A stretch of DNA of 58,265 bases from an uncultured Lentisphaeria bacterium (GCA_964543125.1 CAZIWX010000001.1:1-58265), one strand, 5' to 3'. Numbered from the stretch's first letter, positions 26,801 through 35,681 are shown. Notes: generated by a model not told the origin, from the sequence alone. Numbers and translations: made by a program.

Positions 26801-27390
26801 TCATTGATCATGGCTTTAATGATTTCATCATCGAGCGCTTCAATTTTCATGACTTCGTGGGAGGTTCGGAATCCATCAAAAAAATGAACGAAAGGCACTC
26901 GGGCCGCCAAGGTTGCTGCCTGGGAAATAAGCGCATTGTCCATGACTTCCTGCACCGATCCCGAAGCCAGTTGGGCAAATCCGGTCATGCGCGTGGCCAT
27001 CACATCACTGTGGTCACCGAAAATGGACAAAGCATGGGCGGCAACTGACCGGGCCGCTACATGAAAAACAGTAGGCGTCAACTCTCCGGCGATTTTAAAC
27101 ATGTTAGGGATCATGAGCAGCAATCCCTGGGATGCGGTAAAGGTTGTTGTGAGTGCACCCGTTTGCAGGGCTCCGTGAACGGCGCCCGAAGCACCACCCT
27201 CACTCTGCATTTCTATCACATCGGGGACTGTGCCCCAGATATTGGTTTTGCCCGCGGCGGACCAGAGGTCGGCCCACTCACCCATATTTGATGATGGTGT
27301 AATGGGATAAATTGCACACACCTCGTTTGTTTTGTGGGCCACAAACGCGGCTGCTTCGTTACCATCGATCATAACCATGTTTTTAGCCAT
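23821..27390 (-). CDS. nifJ: Pyruvate:ferredoxin (flavodoxin) oxidoreductase, single-chain
   Basis: 1189 aa. Two ferredoxin motifs (CIQCNKCILACP, CTGCEICVDVCP) and the TPP motif GGDGWAYDIGYGGLDH. Confidence 0.95.
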   Translation of the reverse strand: MAKNMVMIDGNEAAAFVAHKTNEVCAIYPITPSSNMGEWADLWSAAGKTNIWGTVPDVIEMQSEGGASGAVHGALQTGALTTTFTASQGLLLMIPNMFKIAGELTPTVFHVAARSVAAHALSIFGDHSDVMATRMTGFAQLASGSVQEVMDNALISQAATLAARVPFVHFFDGFRTSHEVMKIEALDDEIIKAMINDDLVIAHRQRALNPNKPVLRGTAQNPDVFFQVRETVNPYYDQAPAIVQAAMDQFGKLTGRQYHLFDYVGAPAAERIIILMGSGAEAAQETAEFLAASGEKVGVLKVRLYRPFSVKAFIDAIPKSAKSIAVLDRTKEAGGPGEPLYLDVVTALMETASKGALPFNSMPKVSGGRYGLSSKEFTPGMVKGVFDELLNEMPKNHFTIGINDDIGHTSLTYDPDFSINEDTVFRSMFYGLGSDGTVGANKNSIKIIGEETDYNAQGYFVYDSKKSGSMTVSHLRFGKNPIHSTYLVNKANFLACHRFVFLETQDILKHAERGATFLLNAPYTADEVWDKIPRDIQQGIIDKNLKLYTIDALKVARETGMGVRINTIMQTCFFALSGVLERDEAIAKIKNAIKKTYGTKGDEIVRMNFKAVDQTLANLYRVEVRSVSGKPRESSVVSDTAPQFVKDVTAMMIAGKGDDLPVSAFPDDGTWPTATAQWEKRNIAAEIPVWDKDICIQCNKCILACPHGVIRAKVYADKLVKEAPATFQWTKVRGREWEAGEVYTLQVAVEDCTGCEICVDVCPVKDKSNVSRKAINMEPQLPLRETERENWDFFLKLPEVDRSRLKHHTVKGSQLLQPLFEFSGACAGCGETPYVKLASQLFGDRMVIANATGCSSIYGGNLPTTPWTKNREGRGPSWSNSLFEDNAEFGLGFRLTIDKHQQYAHELLTGLKAAGLIKSDLADAILKAAQSDEPGIYDQRNRVAQLNKILTGLTDSRAKRLLSVSENLVKKSVWIMGGDGWAYDIGYGGLDHVLASGRDVNVLVLDTEVYSNTGGQASKATPLGAVAKFAAAGKPNNKKDLGMMAMNYGYVYVAQVAMGSNDAQTVRAFMEAEAYPGPSLIIAYSHCIAHGINMSKGMQQQKLAVETGHWPLYRYNPQMAAEGHNPLKLDSKPPTRHFREYAYNETRYKMLTKSMPERAQRLLVEAEKAAKHRYDYYRKLANLSPEPEA

Positions 27391-27825
27391 ATTTGAACTT
27401 ACCTCCTCTTGAGTCCGTTTTTAGCGCAAATGCCTATTTCCATATCAATTTCATTTTTCCGACTCAACCATTGCAGGCTCCGACTTTAATAGGTGATAAT
27501 ATTCACTATTTCAAGCATGATTCCGTAAATCTGTAAGTAACTTAAAGTGCGCATACCAAGGACTTTAGCACAATATCCGTGCCAGAATGGAATGTAAAAT
27601 ATTACAAACAAACTAGGCTCGCGAAGGTGGCGATTTAAGCTCTTGAAATATATGACCTTGGTTGTCACAATAGCGTAACTCTGAATTGAACTACGAGTTC
27701 CAGCATCCCCTTCCGTAATATGACTCACCCGGCGGAATGGCATACATTCTCAGAATAGAGAAATCCTATCGTGGAATGGCAATTCACGGTTGACCGGAAG
27801 GGGATTTCAACGAACTTTACTCCCC

Positions 27826-28443
27826 ATGCCGGACACTCATTCGAAACTTAATGAATTCTTAGCCGAAGTGCGGGCGTGTCGGGTTTGTGCCGGCATCATT
27901 CCTGAACCACACCCTGTTTTTCAATTCCAGCCAACCGCTAAAATATTGATTGTGGGGCAGGCGCCCGGACGCAGGGTGCATGAAACGGGGACTCCCTGGA
28001 ATGATCCCAGCGGCGATTTTTTACGCAACTGGATGGGGATGAGCCGCGAAAAGTTTTACGATGATATGCTGATCGCGATTATTCCTTCGGGCTTATGTTT
28101 TCCGGGTACCGAAAGCGGGCAAGGCGATCTACCGCCACCCGGGATTTGCTATAAGACCTGGCATCATCGTTTCCTGACCTGGCTTGACCCGCAGATAATT
28201 TTGGCGATAGGGAAATATGCTATCCAAAATTATCTAAAAACCACTGATCCGGTGGGAACCGTCGTGGCCAATTGGCGCTATTATCTCCATGAGGAAAAAA
28301 TATTTCCTTTACCGCATCCCAGTCCCCGGAATCGAAAATGGCTGTCAGACCGTCCCTGGTTCGCGGAGGAAGTAATCCCGGGACTACGGACCGCCTTAAC
28401 CCGAATATTTCACGAATCGTCTCAGCCTGACCGGCTATCTTAA
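27826..28443 (+). CDS. Uracil-DNA glycosylase superfamily protein (family 4/5-like)
   Basis: Motif A GQAPG and C-terminal HPSPRN. The start is placed at ATG 27826 (MPDTHSKLNEF...) rather than TTG 27790. Confidence 0.75.
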   Translation: MPDTHSKLNEFLAEVRACRVCAGIIPEPHPVFQFQPTAKILIVGQAPGRRVHETGTPWNDPSGDFLRNWMGMSREKFYDDMLIAIIPSGLCFPGTESGQGDLPPPGICYKTWHHRFLTWLDPQIILAIGKYAIQNYLKTTDPVGTVVANWRYYLHEEKIFPLPHPSPRNRKWLSDRPWFAEEVIPGLRTALTRIFHESSQPDRLS

Positions 28444-28666
28444 TCCCCAAGGCGTTGATCAGTATAAACTCATCCTCACCGGTCAGGCCGGCGGTTTCCG
28501 GGTGGTTTGCCCGCCCGCATTGTCAGAAATCAAAATTCCTCAGTCAGTTTTAGCCAAAGAACCAATTACATTTTTGCACGATTTCCGTAACAGACGGATT
28601 CACGATGCATTACTTTCGTCTCTGTGCCCGCTCGTGAAATATTCGAGCTAACGACGCGGCTGCTAT

Positions 28667-28697
28667 AAAAAAAGAACGGCACGCAGATGCCGTTCTT
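28667..28697 (-). terminator. Rho-independent terminator after the T9SS-cargo gene
   Basis: The 10-bp stem AAGAACGGCA/TGCCGTTCTT (28672-81/28688-97) is followed on the minus strand by a T-run. Confidence 0.6.
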
Positions 28698-28721
28698 GGG
28701 GTAAACATTTTTTATGCAATA

Positions 28722-30116
28722 CTACTTGAGATATAAAACCTTCTGTGTGACCAGCCGGTTGCCATTGGAAAGTCGAACGAAGTATAATCCTGAAGATTGT
28801 CTGGTTGGAGACCACGGACGGGAATACAATCCGGCCGGTAAGGTCTCATTAAGCAGGGTCGTAACCAGGTGGCCGTTCAGATCATAAATCGATAAGGTGA
28901 TTTTACCGGGTGAATCCAAGGTGAACGAAATAGTCGTCGTGGGATTGAACGGGTTGGGGTAACAGGCATTCAGCGTAAACTGACTCGGTTCAACAATTGG
29001 TTCGGTTGTGACTCCGACAAATGGTTCGGAGGATAAATGGAAACTTCCATTTTCCAGTGGCAGCACGGCCTGTGGGGATCCTAACGGAATCATTTGTGCA
29101 CTAAAGGTGCCGTCCCAAGCCGCGCTGGTGCGGGTAAAATCAACCGTTCCGGATAGACCCACATAGAGATTCTCTGAAATCAGACTGTCAAGAGTCCCAA
29201 AATCCGGATTTGTTATGATCAATAGCAAATCCGTAAGGGTTGCTTGAGGCAGGTAAAAACACTGGGATTCAGGAAACGTCGTTCCGGGCGGGGCAATGGA
29301 GACGGTCCCGGACTCCAGGGGCTCGATCGTTCTTACCCTGAGACCAAAAATATTATACTCACCGGTAGTGACTTGCCGATACGCAACGAGGGAGTAATTG
29401 CTGGTATCACCGGACATCGTGGTAATTCCCGTAGCGCCCGCTGATGAATTCACCGGATCAAAGTTACCCGTTGCATCCAAATGAGTGCCGTCAAAATCAA
29501 AGCTCACACTCCCGGCAACATAATCGGGCACCGGCATTGTATTTTGAAAGGTTCCGGACCCGTTGCCAATTAAGTAAGCCTGAAGTGATCCCGTATCGAA
29601 AACAGCGCCGGTGAATCCGATACTGATTTCACCATCCGAAATTGAACTGACGGTGATATTTCCCATGGTTGAAAGGCGAACACTCATGGTCAGGAGACTG
29701 TCCAAATCACCGCCGCCATTGATAATCGCATCAACGAAACCGGCATCCACCTGAGGTATCCAGCCGTACAACACGGGTAATCCCGCAAAAGGATTTATCA
29801 GATAAGTGCGGTCGTTGATGGTTCCCGTATCGCTGATGGACAGGACAAACACATCGGCCATAACCGTGCTCGAATCAGAAGGGCTCAGTTGATAAGCCAG
29901 CGCTATAAAAAGCGATGTATCCCCGTTCGTCGAAATAAAAGCGCCACTCCCTGCGGCTGTATCGGACGTCGGGAGAATCGACCCGGATACCGCCCAGCTC
30001 TGATTGGGAATAACGGTTCCGTACGAAAAACTAAGGGAACCCTGATTGTACAAATTTTGACCGATCACCGAGTTGATAACAACTATAAATAACATGATTT
30101 TAATGAATTTGGCCAT
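28722..30116 (-). CDS. Secreted protein of unknown function with T9SS C-terminal sorting domain; internally duplicated beta-rich body
   Basis: Signal peptide, then two similar roughly 170-aa Ser/Thr/Gly-rich segments. C-terminal ...CYPNPFNPTTTISFTL...IYDLNGHLV...GLYFVRLSNG...VLYLK. Confidence 0.7.
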   Translation of the reverse strand: MAKFIKIMLFIVVINSVIGQNLYNQGSLSFSYGTVIPNQSWAVSGSILPTSDTAAGSGAFISTNGDTSLFIALAYQLSPSDSSTVMADVFVLSISDTGTINDRTYLINPFAGLPVLYGWIPQVDAGFVDAIINGGGDLDSLLTMSVRLSTMGNITVSSISDGEISIGFTGAVFDTGSLQAYLIGNGSGTFQNTMPVPDYVAGSVSFDFDGTHLDATGNFDPVNSSAGATGITTMSGDTSNYSLVAYRQVTTGEYNIFGLRVRTIEPLESGTVSIAPPGTTFPESQCFYLPQATLTDLLLIITNPDFGTLDSLISENLYVGLSGTVDFTRTSAAWDGTFSAQMIPLGSPQAVLPLENGSFHLSSEPFVGVTTEPIVEPSQFTLNACYPNPFNPTTTISFTLDSPGKITLSIYDLNGHLVTTLLNETLPAGLYSRPWSPTRQSSGLYFVRLSNGNRLVTQKVLYLK

Positions 30117-30196
30117 GATATTTGTTTCCTCCCTATTATATCACTGCCTGGTGAGTCGTTTTAGGTGTCAAGGGGAAATGTAACTGAAATAACTTT

Positions 30197-31504
30197 TCAG
30201 AGATAGTATTTAAATCCGAACATGAACCGCGTCACACTATGGTCCGTCAGGGCCGGGATTGCCACTCCATGAGCTGAATCATAGACCAGTAATGATGTTG
30301 ACTGGAACGTCGAATACTGAAGCCCCAGAATAATTTCATATTCGGTACCGGGATTGAATCCCAGATTAAAATCAAACCGCAAGATGTCGCTGGTGGCATT
30401 TCGCTGGGGCTGATTCATTTTAGAAAACCCGATCTGCAGGGAACCATCCCGTGCGAAAAAGCGCATACTGGCAAAGTATTCATTGGAAGGCTGAAGCAAG
30501 GCGGAAATGTCAGCATTAATTACAGGATCTTTGCTGGTCGAGTCAGGCAGGATGATCAGGTTTGAGGAAAAGTTGATTTTATTGTAGGTGTGGTAGCGGT
30601 ACCCCACTGAAAAATAAACCGGGGTGTACCTGAAGGATAGTCCGGCTCCAAAACGCCAGGGACCGGTCAATTTGTAGGTCAGGTGATCCTTGGCAAAACC
30701 GTGATAATCATCTATTGGAAAGTCGCCAATCTGAATGGTGTCCTTAAGACTGGATTCATCCACGGAGATGAAAGCGGGTGTTTCAATCGTACCGCCCAGG
30801 AGGAGTTCATGAGGAAATTGGATCACAATTCCGGTCTTAAGATTCCATCCCTTGTAATCGGAAGTATAGGCCAGGGAATCAACATAGCGTTGAAAGAAAT
30901 TCCAGATCTGATTCGGATCCTCTTCCACATAGGATTGAGAATAAATATTGGTGCCGTACAAATATGTAAAAGTTGTGCCCAGGCTAACATTTTTCTTGAA
31001 CAGTACCCCCGTTCCCAACGACACGCCATACAAACTACCCGTTTCGAACAGGTGATAGTCTTTATTCCGAAGTTGATCTTCGGTCTGATCATAAAAACCC
31101 AGGTGGGCTTCCCGGTCGAACTGGTAAACCGGCTGAACACCCGCGGCCCAAACCCAGCTCCCACGATACACCGGTACCGGATAAACGCCAGCCAATTCAT
31201 TAAACCGAAAGCTGTTGCGGATGGATGAATCAGAAAAGGTATTCAGGAACAACGTTGATCCCCTCACATGATCCACGCTCAAGTCTGTATAAATAGCCGG
31301 GCGAGTGATAAAAGTCAGGGCAGCCGGATTGACCAACAAAGCTTCCTGATCAAAAACGCCCACATTGTCACCCACCACGCGGGAGGCGCCACGGCCTTGC
31401 ATACCCCAGAAAGGACGCAGCGCGTCCAAGTAATTTTGGCCGAAACCACTGCTCTTGAATAGAAGAAGGAAAAATAGTAAGGCTGACGCCTTGGAGGGAT
31501 TCAT
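30197..31504 (-). CDS. Outer-membrane beta-barrel protein (FadL/PorV-like N-terminal signature), unknown function
   Basis: Signal peptide. The N-terminal region ...GMQGRGASRVVGDNVGVFDQEALLVNPAAL... resembles the FadL/PorV-type motif. Alternating amphipathic strands run to the C-terminal ...FMFGFKYYL. Confidence 0.5.
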   Translation of the reverse strand: MNPSKASALLFFLLLFKSSGFGQNYLDALRPFWGMQGRGASRVVGDNVGVFDQEALLVNPAALTFITRPAIYTDLSVDHVRGSTLFLNTFSDSSIRNSFRFNELAGVYPVPVYRGSWVWAAGVQPVYQFDREAHLGFYDQTEDQLRNKDYHLFETGSLYGVSLGTGVLFKKNVSLGTTFTYLYGTNIYSQSYVEEDPNQIWNFFQRYVDSLAYTSDYKGWNLKTGIVIQFPHELLLGGTIETPAFISVDESSLKDTIQIGDFPIDDYHGFAKDHLTYKLTGPWRFGAGLSFRYTPVYFSVGYRYHTYNKINFSSNLIILPDSTSKDPVINADISALLQPSNEYFASMRFFARDGSLQIGFSKMNQPQRNATSDILRFDFNLGFNPGTEYEIILGLQYSTFQSTSLLVYDSAHGVAIPALTDHSVTRFMFGFKYYL

Positions 31505-31510
31505 GCCGGA

Positions 31511-32302
31511 TTAGCGGCGTTCGCCACTGCCACCCGCAGCGTGTTGTTTCCGGTTTTGATTGGCGGGTTGTTCAGTCTTGCCACTGTCATTCGGGGCATC
31601 GGCGGCCGCGGGCTTGACCACGGATGGAGACGGTGTGGTGCTCGACCGGGCTGGCGTGGAAACATCCGGCGCGGCTACCGGAACCGCGTTGGGTGGAGGT
31701 GTTTGCGTCGAAAAATCGATCTTGTTTTTATGTGGCGCCGCCAATGGAAGAACGGGATTCGGCTCCTCGTTGGATTTTTCCGGATTGTCACCGGATTCGC
31801 CGGGTACGGGTGCCGTATTCAACTGTTGCTGAAGTAATACGGTCAAGGGAGACACCGGAACCGGACGGGCTCCGGTCTCACCCAGGGCTGATCCCCGGCC
31901 AACTTCACGTGCCTCGTGGAGTTGAGCCGCCGGACTGAGTTTACCAAACCCATAGCTGGGATAGTAAACATAGCCATCATAATACGGATTATACTGAATT
32001 CCAGGTGAATATCCTCCGTAAGGATTCCCATAATAACCGAAGCCATAATCAAAACTCGAAAACGGATCATTGGCGCCGTAGCCATAGCCGGGATAGGAAG
32101 GTTCCCACCAGGGATCCCAGGCTGAACCACTACCTAAAAATGGTTGTGACTGATACAAAAGATCAGCCCCCACAATACCCCGAATAATATTATCGTGTGC
32201 TTCGGGCGGTGTCATTACGATGGTGTAGCACCCCTGCAGAAGCAGAAAAGCGGAGATGATCATTATATGGATTGTACGGCGCACAGTGGTGGAAATTACC
32301 AA
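31511..32302 (-). CDS. Lipoprotein with Tyr/Gly/Pro-rich low-complexity core and Pro-rich disordered tail
   Basis: Lipobox LLQGC. Residues 61-120 are extremely aromatic/Gly-rich, and the C-terminal half is Pro/Ala/Ser/Thr-rich. Confidence 0.5.
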   Translation of the reverse strand: MVISTTVRRTIHIMIISAFLLLQGCYTIVMTPPEAHDNIIRGIVGADLLYQSQPFLGSGSAWDPWWEPSYPGYGYGANDPFSSFDYGFGYYGNPYGGYSPGIQYNPYYDGYVYYPSYGFGKLSPAAQLHEAREVGRGSALGETGARPVPVSPLTVLLQQQLNTAPVPGESGDNPEKSNEEPNPVLPLAAPHKNKIDFSTQTPPPNAVPVAAPDVSTPARSSTTPSPSVVKPAAADAPNDSGKTEQPANQNRKQHAAGGSGERR

Positions 32303-32364
32303 TCCTTCAGCAGTTTGTCAAGCATTGCCGGATTAACCAATCGGGGAATCTCCCCTATCACTAT

Positions 32365-33255
32365 TCAACCCTTTAGACGCCAAAATGTTTTATACTTGCG
32401 ACGCTTGAGAGCCAGATAGAGACCTGACAGAATTACACTCCCACCAACCCAGGTCGCCGGAGCAACGCCCTCACTTAAAAACAAAAAGGCCAGGAACGCC
32501 GATTCTGGCGGTTCCAGGAGCATTAATAATGAGACCCGGGTCGGTCCCAATTGCTTCACGCCCCAGTTAAAAATGGTATGTCCACCCACCGTGGGAAACA
32601 GGATCAGCAGTGCTAAAAATATGGCTTCAGCGGGTGTGTTAGGTAAAAAGTTATATCCCTGTGAAACAGCCCAGATAAATAATATTAGAGCCGCTGAAAA
32701 ATAGGTTACCACTACATGATCAACGGTATTGAGAATATTTCGCGACCGATGGCTGAACAAGAAATAGAGCGCTTCAAACAGCCCCCCACCCAGTGCCAGC
32801 AAATTACCCCAAAATCCGGTTTGAGCCTGTAAAGCCTGCCATTGAATTACAGTTGTACCCATTAGTGCCAGGGCAATACCCCAAATTTCCGGCCGCGAAA
32901 GCGGCAGGCGAAAGACAAAGCGAGCTAAAATGGCTACAAAAATAGGGTGAGTCGCTACCAGCAGGACCGAATTGGATACGCTGGTGTAATACAGTGAAGA
33001 TATCCATAAGCCAAAGTGAAAGGCTAAAGCCACTCCGGAAATAGCGGAATTCTTAAATGCACGCCACTCGGGACGTTTTCCGGTCCTCCGGAATAAGAAA
33101 AACGGCAGAAAAAACAGTCCTGCGCCAAACACCCGGTACCACCCAACCACGATGGGTGACATATCCGGGACCAGACGTATCCACAGGGCTCCCGTGGAAG
33201 CCAGGAGTGTTCCGAATAAGACAATAAATCCCGCCTGCGTCTTGGTGGGTTGCAT
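32365..33255 (-). CDS. EamA/DMT-superfamily transporter
   Basis: About 10 TM helices in two EamA halves. The start is trimmed to ATG 33255 (MQPTKTQAGF...), because the longer track ORF overlaps the upstream gene. Confidence 0.8.
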   Translation of the reverse strand: MQPTKTQAGFIVLFGTLLASTGALWIRLVPDMSPIVVGWYRVFGAGLFFLPFFLFRRTGKRPEWRAFKNSAISGVALAFHFGLWISSLYYTSVSNSVLLVATHPIFVAILARFVFRLPLSRPEIWGIALALMGTTVIQWQALQAQTGFWGNLLALGGGLFEALYFLFSHRSRNILNTVDHVVVTYFSAALILFIWAVSQGYNFLPNTPAEAIFLALLILFPTVGGHTIFNWGVKQLGPTRVSLLMLLEPPESAFLAFLFLSEGVAPATWVGGSVILSGLYLALKRRKYKTFWRLKG

Positions 33256-33266
33256 GGTAAATCCGA

Positions 33267-33920
33267 TCAGGGAGCGAAGGTAATGGCCGCGAGGAAGGAA
33301 ATCAGGAACAGGCCAAACACACCGAGTAGATTTGCCAAGATGAATACACCGATAAATCGACCGGTTGTGAGTCCGTAAATGGTTCGAAAACCGTTTACCA
33401 GTAAATACACACCAAAAGCCATATAGATCAAGCCACCAATGCCCGGCAAAAGCATCCACACCGATGCCGTTCCGTTGGCGTAGGCAATAATCCTGAATAC
33501 GGTGCTGTAAGGATATATACCGTGTCCTAACATTCCTAAAGCGAGATGCATGAAAAAAGCACTGGCGAATTGTTGGATAATGACAGCGAGAGGCATGGAA
33601 ATAAGAATGATTTGGTTCCAGTCATATCCCCCGCCCAGCATTTCCAGCATTTCGGGTGGAAGCACCAGAATCCGGCCACTGAAAAGGCCGGTGATCAGAA
33701 GCGATAAGACGAAGCAGATTATTTGCATAAAAACTGAATATTGCAGCGGACCGGCGATTTGCCCCCGGCGCCGCATCAGCGCAAAAACTTCCGCGGGCCG
33801 CTGAATAAACATTCGAATTGTTAGCACCAGCGTTAGAAAAAACCCTGCTGTTTCGCGCTTCTCCCACGGTGGGCCATCTATGATCAGGGATTCATGGAAA
33901 TTCGGTTGGTCGGTGTTCAA
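33267..33920 (-). CDS. Yip1-domain membrane protein
   Basis: N-terminal ...PPWEKRETAGFFLTLVLTIRMFIQRPAEVF... followed by 5 TM helices, as in Yip1/DUF1282-type proteins. Confidence 0.55.
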   Translation of the reverse strand: MNTDQPNFHESLIIDGPPWEKRETAGFFLTLVLTIRMFIQRPAEVFALMRRRGQIAGPLQYSVFMQIICFVLSLLITGLFSGRILVLPPEMLEMLGGGYDWNQIILISMPLAVIIQQFASAFFMHLALGMLGHGIYPYSTVFRIIAYANGTASVWMLLPGIGGLIYMAFGVYLLVNGFRTIYGLTTGRFIGVFILANLLGVFGLFLISFLAAITFAP

Positions 33921-34079
33921 ATCTCATCCTATCCTGCTAATCGATTGGTTCAAATCCGGATGAACCCCCAAATTTAGTCCGTGGAGTGGCTGAAGCTATC
34001 GGATTCCCGAGGTTCGAGGATACTAAAAAGCCACCCGGATATTGGTGGCATTCTAAAGATCAGTATTTATACGCCGGTG

Positions 34080-35681
34080 CTAATAAGTCAGGATCAAATT
34101 TACCAGTTGGACTGCATCGAGAACATTGACAAGGCCATCCAGATTAATATCGGCCCGTTCAATTTGGGAGGGCAGCAGATTCATTCCACTAAGAATCCAG
34201 TTCACCATGAGTACAACATCCCCAATATTGATTTGCCCATCCTGGGTTAGATCGCCGGTATCGATGTCAAAATTATAATTGATGGCCGCCATAACATCAA
34301 TCAAGCCGAACCCATAGTTATTGTCGGGCGATTCGGCGTTATCAGCCATAGCCATGAGAGCTTCCCGCACCATCATGGGGGTCCAGGTTGGATGAGCCTG
34401 TAAGACTAAGGCAGAAGCTCCGGCAACCAACGGTGTAGATAAACTGGTTCCGCTGGCATGAATAAATGCCGAAGTAGTACTCGAACCAGCCGCGTAAGTA
34501 TAGACACCCCGCGCCACTACTTCAGGTTTAAGCCGGCCATCAGCCGTGGGGCCGGGTGAACTGAAACCGGCAATGATATCTTCACTGTTTACAGCGCCCA
34601 CACTGATCACGCTATCCGCATCAGCGGGTGCAATAATATGACCCCAATCGGTGCCCCCTTCATTCCCGGCAGCGGTGACACAAACCATCCCCAGGCTGGC
34701 CGCAATATCCATCGCTTGCGTCGTCAAGGCCGTATGACCATCCATCTGCTCAAAGGTGTACCAATCAATATAGCCTAACGATGATGAAACAACATCAGCC
34801 CCCAGGGCTTCGCCCCATTCCAAACCGGCGACATAATAGTCTTCCTCAATCTGGATTTCCTGATCGACGATTTCCGTTTTAGCCATGAGAAAAGAACAGT
34901 CGAAAGCAACACCCATGAAAATGCCCGGATCGTTACCACCCACAATGGACGCAGTAGCAGTGCCATGTTCCTCTTGATTGGCAGTATCGCCTTCCTGGTT
35001 ATTCGTAATGCTATCATCCTGGATAAAATCGTATTGCCCAACAATCCGGTTTGCCTGGAAAACCAGATGATCCGTGAGATAGCCGGTGTCCAGCATTAAA
35101 ACCCAAATACCGCTCCCGGTATATCCGTCCGCATGTGCCGCAATCGCGTTAATCTGGTCCAACTGACCGTAACTGGCGCCGTAATTCTCAAAAGCCACAT
35201 TAACGTCGTTGGGATTGATATCCCCCCGCTCAACATTCTTTAAGAATCGCCTGGAAACCCGAATGACCCGTTTTGTCTTTTTCACCATGGGAAGTGCTCC
35301 GATAACGGATTCTTCATCATCGGTAGCCATCACTGAAATCGCATTGAACCAACGACTCACCGTCCGTACCGGTACTCCCAACGCCTGGATTTGGCTAATA
35401 TACTCCGGGGGTACATCAAGATCGATGTAGTCAATGATGCCGCGCGTGCCACGCCAAAGTCGGCGGTTGCGGGCGCGTTCCGTCAATTGTACCGGATTAA
35501 AAACGCCCCGATAATATTCTGCTTCAGCGGGTCCCTTATCATTAAAAAGAACCCAGATGGGATGCCGGCTAGGCACGGGTGTGGTCCCCGCCTTAAGGGT
35601 CGAATTCGCCCAAACTACACCACCCAGGGTTGCAAAAAGCACCACAATCAGATCGCGCCAAATTTGATCTTTTTTGAACAT
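34080..35681 (-). CDS. S8 (subtilisin-family) serine peptidase with C-terminal dockerin-like module
   Basis: Catalytic motifs LDTGY (Asp), HGTATAS (His) and SGTSLSTP (Ser). The C-terminus has two Ca-loop repeats, DLTQDGQINIGD and DINLDGLVNVLD. The start is trimmed to ATG 35681 (MFKKDQIW..., signal anchor). Confidence 0.85.
   Translation of the reverse strand: MFKKDQIWRDLIVVLFATLGGVVWANSTLKAGTTPVPSRHPIWVLFNDKGPAEAEYYRGVFNPVQLTERARNRRLWRGTRGIIDYIDLDVPPEYISQIQALGVPVRTVSRWFNAISVMATDDEESVIGALPMVKKTKRVIRVSRRFLKNVERGDINPNDVNVAFENYGASYGQLDQINAIAAHADGYTGSGIWVLMLDTGYLTDHLVFQANRIVGQYDFIQDDSITNNQEGDTANQEEHGTATASIVGGNDPGIFMGVAFDCSFLMAKTEIVDQEIQIEEDYYVAGLEWGEALGADVVSSSLGYIDWYTFEQMDGHTALTTQAMDIAASLGMVCVTAAGNEGGTDWGHIIAPADADSVISVGAVNSEDIIAGFSSPGPTADGRLKPEVVARGVYTYAAGSSTTSAFIHASGTSLSTPLVAGASALVLQAHPTWTPMMVREALMAMADNAESPDNNYGFGLIDVMAAINYNFDIDTGDLTQDGQINIGDVVLMVNWILSGMNLLPSQIERADINLDGLVNVLDAVQLVNLILTY

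Noticed and set aside
27486-27743. 85-aa minus-strand ORF in the PFOR upstream region
   Set aside because: It lies in AT-rich intergenic DNA, has no RBS and an odd composition, and shows no recognisable domain. It is more likely promoter or leader sequence.
33256-33459. Long N-terminal extensions of several track ORFs (32365-33459, 34080-35840, 35910-37769, 47325-48164, 53670-55598, 3785-5023)
   Set aside because: The extensions overlap upstream genes or precede obvious native N-termini (a signal peptide, a Walker A lead-in or conserved starts). Internal ATGs were preferred.
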